A DNA stretch of 64,000 nucleotides from positions 16,440 to 80,439 of the forward strand of contig JAZNCN010000001.1 of assembly GCA_045587545.1 (NCBI GenBank). Reading direction: 5' to 3'. The DNA is from Candidatus Caccoplasma sp. Lineage in GTDB: Bacteria; Bacteroidota; Bacteroidia; Bacteroidales; G3-4614. Position numbers and translations under genes: made by a program. Of the stretch, positions 57,305 to 64,000 are shown in pieces; position 1 is the stretch's first letter; each line of letters starts with the position of its first letter. The notes below the pieces were generated by a model that was not told where the DNA came from, ran no database searches, and saw nothing but the letters and a program-made list of their open reading frames with translations.

Positions 57305-60016
57305 ATGAAGAGAGTTTATACCTTCGGTAACGGACAAGCAGAAGGCCGTGCCGATATGAAAAATCTTCTCGGAGGTAAAGGTGCTAACCTTGCTGAAATG
57401 AACCTTATCGGTGTTCCTGTTCCTCCGGGCTTTACCATCACAACAGAAGTTTGTACTACCTACACTAAAGAGGGTAAAGATGCAGTTGTTGCAATGATAA
57501 AAGAAGACGTTGAGAAAGCAATTGCTCACGTTGAGAATCTAATGGGTACAAAATTCGGTGATGCTAAAAATCCTCTATTGGTATCGGTTCGCTCAGGAGC
57601 TCGTGTTTCTATGCCCGGTATGATGGATACAGTTCTTAACCTTGGTATCACAGAAGAGGTAGCAGAAGGTATTGCAGAAAAATCAGGTAACCCTCGCTTC
57701 GCATGGGACTCATACAGACGTTTCGTTCAAATGTACGGAGACGTTGTTCTTGGTATGAAACCAAAAAGCAAAACAGACATTGACCCCTTTGAGGAGGTTA
57801 TGGACAAAGTAAAAGAGGCTAAAGGTGTAAAATTAGATACTGAACTTGATGTTGAAGATCTTAAAGAGTTGGTAAAACTTTTCAAGAGCGCAGTTAAAGA
57901 GAGAACCGGCAAAGATTTCCCCGACAATCCTTGGGAGCAACTTTGGGGTGCTATCTGTGCAGTATTTGACAGCTGGATGAACGAGCGCGCTATCTACTAC
58001 CGCCGAATGAACCAAATTCCCGAAGAATGGGGTACTGCTGTAAACGTACAAGCAATGGTATTCGGTAACATGGGTAACACATCGGCAACCGGTGTTGCAT
58101 TTACCCGTGACGCTGCAACAGGAGAGGACATTTTCAACGGTGAGTACCTAATCAACGCACAAGGTGAGGACGTTGTAGCAGGTATCCGCACACCTCAACA
58201 AATCACAATCGAGGGTTCACGTCGCTGGGCAAAACTTCAAGGAATTAGCGAAGAGGAACGTGCTTCAAAATATCCTTCTCTTGAAGAGGCTATGCCTGAG
58301 TGTGCAAAAGACCTTATCGAGACTCAACAAAAATTGGAAGACTACTTTACAGATATGCAAGACCTTGAGTTTACTATCCAAGATGGTAAATTGTGGTTAT
58401 TGCAAACTCGTAACGGAAAACGTACAGGTGCTGCCATGGTAAAAATTGCTATGGATATGCTTCGCGACGGACAAATTGACGAGAAGACCGTATTGAAACG
58501 TATGGAGCCTCAAAAACTTGACGAGTTGCTACACCCAATCTTTGACAAAGTAGCTCTTAAAGAGGCACGTGTAATGGCGAAAGGTCTTCCCGCATCTCCC
58601 GGTGCTGCATCAGGTCAAATCGTATTCTTTGCTGACGATGCTGAGGCATGGGCTGAGAAACGTAAAAAAGTTATCCTTGTTCGTATTGAGACTTCTCCCG
58701 AAGACCTTCGCGGTATGAACGTAGCACAAGGTATCCTTACAGCACGTGGTGGTATGACATCACACGCAGCAGTTGTTGCTCGCGGTATGGGAAAATGTTG
58801 TGTATCAGGAGCAGGAGAAATCATTATTGATTACAAAGCTCGTACAATTGAGATGAGCGGTAAAGTATATAAAGAGGGCGATTGGATTTCATTGAATGGA
58901 TCAACAGGTGAAGTTTACGACGGTCAAGTAAGAACTGTCGAGGCCGACCTAAGTGGTGACTTCGGTGCTATCATGGATATCGCTGAAAAATTCACTCAAA
59001 TGGACGTTCGCACAAATGCTGATACTCCTCGCGATGCTGAAACTGCTCGCCGTTTTGGAGCAAAAGGTATTGGTCTTTGCCGTACAGAGCATATGTTCTT
59101 TGAAGGCGACCGTATCAAAGCAATGCGTGAAATGATTCTTTCAAAAGACGAAGAGGGACGCCGTGAGGCTCTTAAAAAACTTCTTCCAATGCAACGTCAA
59201 GACTTCTACGGAATCTTCAAAGCAATGGACGGATTTGGCGTTACTATCCGCCTACTCGATCCTCCTCTACACGAATTCGTACCTCATCAATTAGCAACTC
59301 AAAAAGAGCTTGCTGAAGAGATGGGCTTAACAATAGAAGAGGTTAAGAACGCTGTTGATTCACTTGCAGAGTTCAACCCAATGTTAGGACACCGTGGTTG
59401 CCGTCTTGGATGTACATATCCTGAGATTACAGAGATGCAAGCTCGCGCTATCATTGAGGCAGCAATGGACGCTCAAGCAGAAGGCGTAAAAGTAACTCCC
59501 GAAATCATGGTTCCACTTGTAGGATCTTTGAACGAGTTAAAAATGCAAGCTGAGGTTATCACAACTACTGCAGAGAAAGTATTTGCAGAGCGTGGCGCAA
59601 AAGTTGACTATAAGATTGGTACAATGATTGAGGTTCCTCGTGCTGCTCTTACAGCTGATAAGATTGCAGAGGTTGCAGATTTCTTCTCATTCGGTACTAA
59701 CGACCTTACTCAAATGACATTCGGATTCTCTCGCGATGACGCAGGAAAATTCTTGAAAGTTTACCAAGAGAAAGGTATCTTGAAAAACGATCCATTCCAA
59801 ATCTTAGATCAAGAAGGTGTTGGACAACTTGTTAAAATGGGTACTGAAAAAGGACGTTCAACTAAGAGCCACTTAAAAGTTGGTATCTGTGGAGAACACG
59901 GAGGTGAACCTTCATCAGTTAAATTCTGTGCTTCACTTGGTATGAACTACGTAAGTTGTAGCCCATTCCGCGTGCCTATCGCTCGCGTTGCTGCTGCTCA
60001 GGCGGCTGTTGAATAA
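57305..60016 (+). CDS. ppdK: Pyruvate, phosphate dikinase
   Basis: Phosphohistidine loop GGMTSHAAVVARGMG and PEP-utilizing C-terminal domain GICGEHGG. 903 aa. Confidence 0.97.
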   Translation: MKRVYTFGNGQAEGRADMKNLLGGKGANLAEMNLIGVPVPPGFTITTEVCTTYTKEGKDAVVAMIKEDVEKAIAHVENLMGTKFGDAKNPLLVSVRSGARVSMPGMMDTVLNLGITEEVAEGIAEKSGNPRFAWDSYRRFVQMYGDVVLGMKPKSKTDIDPFEEVMDKVKEAKGVKLDTELDVEDLKELVKLFKSAVKERTGKDFPDNPWEQLWGAICAVFDSWMNERAIYYRRMNQIPEEWGTAVNVQAMVFGNMGNTSATGVAFTRDAATGEDIFNGEYLINAQGEDVVAGIRTPQQITIEGSRRWAKLQGISEEERASKYPSLEEAMPECAKDLIETQQKLEDYFTDMQDLEFTIQDGKLWLLQTRNGKRTGAAMVKIAMDMLRDGQIDEKTVLKRMEPQKLDELLHPIFDKVALKEARVMAKGLPASPGAASGQIVFFADDAEAWAEKRKKVILVRIETSPEDLRGMNVAQGILTARGGMTSHAAVVARGMGKCCVSGAGEIIIDYKARTIEMSGKVYKEGDWISLNGSTGEVYDGQVRTVEADLSGDFGAIMDIAEKFTQMDVRTNADTPRDAETARRFGAKGIGLCRTEHMFFEGDRIKAMREMILSKDEEGRREALKKLLPMQRQDFYGIFKAMDGFGVTIRLLDPPLHEFVPHQLATQKELAEEMGLTIEEVKNAVDSLAEFNPMLGHRGCRLGCTYPEITEMQARAIIEAAMDAQAEGVKVTPEIMVPLVGSLNELKMQAEVITTTAEKVFAERGAKVDYKIGTMIEVPRAALTADKIAEVADFFSFGTNDLTQMTFGFSRDDAGKFLKVYQEKGILKNDPFQILDQEGVGQLVKMGTEKGRSTKSHLKVGICGEHGGEPSSVKFCASLGMNYVSCSPFRVPIARVAAAQAAVE

Positions 60017-60047
60017 AACAAGTATTATGACTGATACTTAGATATTT

Positions 60048-60084
60048 AGGCGGTAGGCTTTTCAAATACAGAGGCTTACCGCCT
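60048..60084 (+). terminator. ppdK terminator hairpin
   Basis: AGGCGGTAGGC / GCTTACCGCCT form an 11-12-bp stem (with G-U pairs) and a 13-nt loop, followed by AT-rich sequence. Confidence 0.55.
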
Positions 60085-60141
60085 ATATTATATAATGTAC
60101 GCACGAGCATTTTGCTCAAAAAATGTGCAGAATGAACACAA

Positions 60142-60194
60142 ATGTTGTACAATAGTTAGCTGGTTTTTACAACAGTGTTGTACGGGTGTTGTAC
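60142..60194. repeat. Cluster of TGTTGTAC motifs (60142, 60175, 60186) including the palindrome TACAACA-G-TGTTGTA (60167-60181); candidate integrase arm or att-associated sites
   Basis: Seen directly in the sequence, upstream of the integrase gene. Confidence 0.5.
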
Positions 60195-60307
60195 AAATGG
60201 TATTGCCGAGATATGAGCAAATTATGATAAAATATGTCGTAACCTATTGGAACACGATACAAACACTTTGGAACACAGTTTATGATTAACAATTAAAAAT
60301 AACAAAC

Positions 60308-61786
60308 ATGGCAACATTGAAAGCAGTAGTAAGAACAGCAAGAGCTGACGGTTTTTACCCTGTATATATCAGGGTAACACATCATCGCCTTTCTTCGTTC
60401 ATCAAAACAGACAAGATGGTTACTAAAAAGGAACTGACCAAGACTAACGAGATTAAAGACCCCTACGTACTTCAATACTGTACGCAAAAGATTTTAGAGT
60501 TCAATGAACGACTAAACAAAAAAGAGATTGAGCATTGGACCGCAAAGGAGATTGCGGAGTTCCTAACTTATGGCAATGATGATATTTGCTTCTCGGACTA
60601 CGCTCGTACGCACATTGCTCGTATGATTGACAATGGGCAAGAGAGAAATGCTAAAAACTATAAATTGGCATTGCAACACCTTGAGCGATTTTGCGGCACT
60701 ACAAAAGTGATGTTTTCTCACTTCACTTCACAATTGATGAATAGATGGATTAAGTCATTAGAGAGTACGCATAGAGCAAAAGAAATGTACCCTATCTGTA
60801 TGCGACAGGTTTTCAAGGCAGCGCAGTTGGAGTACAACGACTATGACACAGGACTTATCCGCATCAAGACCAATCCGTGGGTTAAGGTGGAAATCCCTGC
60901 GGCTGACAAGGCGGAGAAACTTGCTATTACTCCTGAAGCGTGCCGGGCATTCTTCTCGTTCCCTCTCCCAGACAGCAAGATGAAGTTCCCATTGACGGAG
61001 TTCGGACGTGATATTGCTATGATGGTCCTTTGCTTGGCAGGAATCAACACTGTGGACCTGTTTAACCTGCGGAAGAAAGACTATGAGAACGGCATCATTC
61101 GTTACCAACGTGCAAAGACACGCAAGAGCCGTTCTGATGGTGCGTATATGGAAATGCGTGTGCCTGCAATAATTCAGCCGTTGTTTGATAAGTATCTTAA
61201 CACGACAGACAGCGAACGTCTGTTCAACTTCTATCAACGTATGGGAACATCGGACAGCTTCAATGCAAACGCTAATAGCGGCATAAAGCAGATATGCAAG
61301 GCAATGGAACTGCCGAAAGAGGATTGGTATTCTGTCTATACGTTCCGGCACACGTGGGGTACGGTGGCGCAGAACGATGTCCGTGCCTCTATATCGGATG
61401 TGGCTTTTGCGATGAACCATAGTAGCGGACACAAGGTTACACGTGGATATATTAAGATTGATTTTTCTCCTGCATGGGAGTTGAACGACAAAGTGATTGA
61501 CTTCATATTCTTCTCTGGCAAGACTTCGACCAGAGAGCAGAAACAGGAGGATACACATTTTAGATTATCGTATCGCTTTATGGTGAATGCTGCCGCATAT
61601 CACAATGGGCAGAACGTGGCAGAACTAACGGACGTAGGCTTCAACAACGTGGATGAGGTTATTGCCCGGCTCGTTACTATGCTTCCTGAGGATATTCCCA
61701 ATCGCTCAATCGTAATGTTTAAAATCGTCAATCTCGACAAGAACCAAACTGTGGTGTACCAACGACAGAAAGGAAAGGGTTTCTGA
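60308..61786 (+). CDS. int: Tyrosine site-specific integrase (Bacteroidales type with N-terminal Arm DNA-binding domain)
   Basis: N-terminus MATLKAVVRTARADGFYPVYIRVTHHR is typical of this family. C-terminal catalytic region has YTFRHTWGT (HxxR) and SSGHKVTRGYIKI (Tyr). The DNA is visibly GC-richer than its flanks. Confidence 0.9.
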   Translation: MATLKAVVRTARADGFYPVYIRVTHHRLSSFIKTDKMVTKKELTKTNEIKDPYVLQYCTQKILEFNERLNKKEIEHWTAKEIAEFLTYGNDDICFSDYARTHIARMIDNGQERNAKNYKLALQHLERFCGTTKVMFSHFTSQLMNRWIKSLESTHRAKEMYPICMRQVFKAAQLEYNDYDTGLIRIKTNPWVKVEIPAADKAEKLAITPEACRAFFSFPLPDSKMKFPLTEFGRDIAMMVLCLAGINTVDLFNLRKKDYENGIIRYQRAKTRKSRSDGAYMEMRVPAIIQPLFDKYLNTTDSERLFNFYQRMGTSDSFNANANSGIKQICKAMELPKEDWYSVYTFRHTWGTVAQNDVRASISDVAFAMNHSSGHKVTRGYIKIDFSPAWELNDKVIDFIFFSGKTSTREQKQEDTHFRLSYRFMVNAAAYHNGQNVAELTDVGFNNVDEVIARLVTMLPEDIPNRSIVMFKIVNLDKNQTVVYQRQKGKGF

Positions 61787-61816
61787 CCTTTTTCGTAAAG
61801 CCACGAATATGATGCA

Positions 61817-61855
61817 AGCCTACAAGGAGTTTCTCTTTGTGGGCTTTCTCTTTTT
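61817..61855 (+). terminator. Integrase terminator: hairpin AGCCTACAA/TTGTGGGCT plus a T-rich tail
   Basis: 9-bp stem (one G-U pair) and 11-nt loop, followed by TTCTCTTTTT. Confidence 0.5.
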
Positions 61856-61994
61856 ATTAAATACTAAAAAAAATTCTCACGTGCGTGTACGCACGCGCAG
61901 TTGATGTAGTAGATATATATTATATTATGAAATATATACGAAGTATATATGAATAATATAAAAGGATTTCCGAGGAAATCCGAAGAAAAGGATT

Positions 61995-62070
61995 ATAAAT
62001 GTACAATTATTATAATAAATGTACAATAATAGGGTATTTCTTCAGAAGAAATGAGGTATAAATGTACAAT
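61995..62070. repeat. Three direct copies of ATAAATGTACAAT (61995, 62015, 62058) in the noncoding block after int
   Basis: Exact 13-mers. Copies 2 and 3 extend to ATAAATGTACAATAATAG. Confidence 0.85.
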
Positions 62071-62125
62071 AATAGTTATAACTTCGGAATTTTTCGGAGG
62101 AAATCCGAAGAAATGTATGGAAGCA

Positions 62126-62157
62126 TAAAAAAGCGGTGTTCAGTGATGAACACCGCT
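62126..62157 (-). terminator. Intrinsic terminator for the minus-strand small gene (11-bp perfect stem plus U-run)
   Basis: AGCGGTGTTCA-GTGA-TGAACACCGCT with an A-run on the plus strand (a T-run on the minus strand), 66 bp after the stop at 62223. Confidence 0.6.
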
Positions 62158-62222
62158 CAAACAAACTGTATTTATATCATTATGGGCAATTAACCTCTGC
62201 GTCTAAAGTAGAAGGGTTTAGA

Positions 62223-62507
62223 TTATTCTTCATCTTCATTTGAAAGTTCAATCAATTTATCTTCAATTGTTTTTTCGGTTGAAGATGTTATATCAAGATT
62301 TGTCGCTTGTAGTTTTGGTAATACATAAGCTGCAAGTTTCTCCATTGCTGTTATTCTATCTTTACTGTCCAAATCAGCAAGATCTTCAATAAATGTATGA
62401 GAATTAAAATAATCATCTACTGCATCTGCTATTGCTTTTCTCACAATTGCAGATGTTTTATTGGGTGTCCCTGCTTTTCTTCCTCCTGTTTTTTTCCCTA
62501 TTGCCAT
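62223..62507 (-). CDS. Small basic/acidic protein of the mobile element (unknown; N-terminal GGRKAGTPNK motif)
   Basis: The ORF track gives 62223..62543. The likely start is the internal Met MAIGKKTGGRKAGTPNKT at 62507. It has an acidic C-terminal tail. The motif resembles small phage DNA-binding or terminase-small-subunit-like proteins, but this is not verifiable here. Confidence 0.45.
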   Translation of the reverse strand: MAIGKKTGGRKAGTPNKTSAIVRKAIADAVDDYFNSHTFIEDLADLDSKDRITAMEKLAAYVLPKLQATNLDITSSTEKTIEDKLIELSNEDEE

Positions 62508-62599
62508 AAACTTTAAAAGTAAAAAGTTAAACCGCATGTGCAAAATTATCTCTTTATCTTAGTTGCAGTTTTATAACTTTTAATAATTAATAAATAATT

Positions 62600-63070
62600 A
62601 TGGCACTTGGAACACTTTTAGGTATTGGTAGTAGTATTTTCGGTGGTATAATGGGTGCAAAAGCAGCACGACAAGCCGAAGATAATATAAAGAAACAACA
62701 AGAGAAAAATGAAGCATGGTATAATAGAAGATATAATGAAGATGCGACACAAAGAGCAGATGCAATCCGAATGCTAAACAAAACAAGAGATTTCATAAAA
62801 GAAAGAAACAAACAAGCAGAAGGAGTTGCAGCCGTTATGGGTACTCCAGCAAGTGCTGTAGCTGTTGAGAAAGCAAGAAACAACTCTATTATAGGTGATG
62901 TAACTTCTCAAATTATAGCTGATAATGAAGCAAGGAAAGATAACATCGAACAAATCTATATGGATAGAGATAACAATTATCAATCTCAACTAAATCAAAT
63001 CCAATTGAATAAAGCACAACAAATAGCAAATGCTACTGCAGGTGCTGCATCGGCAGTAGCTAAAATGTAA
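62600..63070 (+). CDS. Mobile-element protein: Gly-rich hydrophobic N-terminus plus Q/N/A-rich coiled coil (unknown function)
   Basis: 156-aa ORF MALGTLLGIGSSIFGGIMGAKAARQAEDN...NYQSQLNQIQLNKAQQIANATAGAASAVAKM. Codon usage is AT-rich like the host. Confidence 0.6.
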   Translation: MALGTLLGIGSSIFGGIMGAKAARQAEDNIKKQQEKNEAWYNRRYNEDATQRADAIRMLNKTRDFIKERNKQAEGVAAVMGTPASAVAVEKARNNSIIGDVTSQIIADNEARKDNIEQIYMDRDNNYQSQLNQIQLNKAQQIANATAGAASAVAKM

Positions 63071-63106
63071 TATCGGCAATTTCTAATGTAATTTCCCATG
63101 AGCAAA

Positions 63107-64000
63107 ACAAAAGATAAAATTTTATTTACAGGTAATGAAAAAGATTACTCCCCTACTCAATCGGAAAGTTATAAAAAGGCGGGAGAAGAAGCAAAACAAA
63201 ATGCTATTGATAAAGCAGAAGAAAATTTTGAAAGACCTTCTGTTAGAAAAGTGAAAGAGAAAGAAAGTGTAAAGACTTTATTTAATAGTATTATAGGAAA
63301 TAATTCTACTAATGAAGCAAATAACACGACTACTAATACAAATACATTCGTTCCCAGCAACTACTCTGAAATAAGGAGGTATATTGAAGAGCAATACCCA
63401 ACCTCTGATGACTTAATAAAAAAAGAGAAACGTGAGATGCGTTTAGCAAAAATTTCGGACGGGATTTCTGCTATCGCTAATTTGATTGCTACTACTAAAG
63501 GTGCTCAAAATAGTTTTACGGGAGAAAACACAAGAACCGAAAACACAAGAAAAAAATGGGATGAGTTCTATAAGAAACGTGAAGAGGAAAAGAAATCATT
63601 ATATGATGAACTTGTGGATGCTATGAAAACCGAAGAAGCTATTAGATATAGAAATAAAAAAGACGAAGAAGAGAAAGAACGATACGAGAACGAAATTGCC
63701 CACCGTAACGAACGCGAAAAAATTGCTGACGACCGATATACACAAGAGCAAAACGACAAGAAAGAACGCGAAAAAATTGCTGACGACCGATATACACAAG
63801 AGCAAAACAAATGGAGAGAAACATTTGAAGAGAATAAACGAAGATTCAACGAAAGTATAAGAGTTAGAGAAGAAGAGGTTAAAGCGAGGGCTATAAAAGG
63901 CGTTCGTGGTAAACAACTCGGTTTCGTAGATGGTAGCGGAAATCAAGTGAGCATCTATGAGAATGTATGGAAAGGTTCAATGCAACAAGTATATGATGTA
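63107..64000 (+). CDS. Mobile-element K/E/R-rich coiled-coil protein, N-terminal 298 codons (continues beyond the window)
   Basis: Hand translation from the ATG at 63107 is open to the window end (MSKTKDKILFTGNEKDY...GFVDGSGNQVSIYENVWKGSMQQVYDV). It is absent from the ORF track because no stop lies in the window. Confidence 0.6.
63710..63808 (+). repeat. In-frame tandem duplication: 45-bp perfect copies (63710-63754, 63764-63808), period 54 bp
   Basis: GAACGCGAAAAAATTGCTGACGACCGATATACACAAGAGCAAAAC occurs twice, encoding EREKIADDRYTQEQN. Confidence 0.9.

Noticed and set aside
60095-60289. 64-aa Cys-rich ORF between ppdK and int (and the 60293-60487 minus-strand ORF)
   Set aside because: The Cys/Val richness is produced by the repeated TGTTGTAC motif. 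There is no start context or promoter logic. The second ORF overlaps the integrase 5' end.
60758-61558. 266-aa ORF antisense to the integrase gene
   Set aside because: It lies entirely inside the well-supported integrase CDS. Its R/C/H-rich, motif-free translation is typical of a stop-poor antisense frame in locally GC-rich DNA.
63568-63946. Minus-strand ORFs (93, 115 and 60 aa) with internally repeated peptides
   Set aside because: They are antisense to the long open K/E/R-rich plus-strand frame. The peptide repeats merely mirror the 54-bp tandem duplication.

Overview
AT-rich chromosomal segment from a Bacteroidota (Bacteroidales-type) genome. The assignment rests on gene content: a complete Bat aerotolerance operon, T9SS-sorted cargo proteins, an extended NusB, a Rho with a long disordered insert, and recurrent TAnnTTTG -7 promoter boxes. 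About 90% of the window is tightly packed housekeeping DNA. In order: batE-batA/DUF58/moxR, two HU paralogs, rho, murB, glnS, mutS2, dxs, trkAH, ftsK-lolA-trxB, a Crp/Fnr regulator, an LtaS-like sulfatase, lptB, mlaEF, tRNA-Cys, recJ, coaE-ybbR-yajC-nusB, uvrA, envelope proteins, an MFS-pnuC-TPK operon, rlmD and ppdK. There are no rRNA genes, CRISPR arrays or cas genes. I found no clear multi-gene defence system. Three places are not explained by ordinary annotation. (1) 60.0-64.0 kb: right after the ppdK terminator an integrated element begins. It has a visibly GC-richer tyrosine integrase, a repeat/palindrome-dense 430-bp noncoding block, and AT-rich genes for coiled-coil proteins of unknown function that run off the window. 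This is the best candidate for something new, but only its first ~4 kb is visible. (2) 38.1-41.0 kb: a BspA-type LRR / T9SS surface-protein gene is bracketed by copies of a small nested repeat/hairpin family, with a 960-bp ORF-free upstream region holding a 121-bp imperfect palindrome (candidate leader or sRNA). (3) 25.47-25.69 kb: three promoter-like boxes spaced exactly 84 bp apart, two with near-identical hairpin units, ahead of ftsK. All functional calls come from reading the translations. No database search or exact GC computation was possible.
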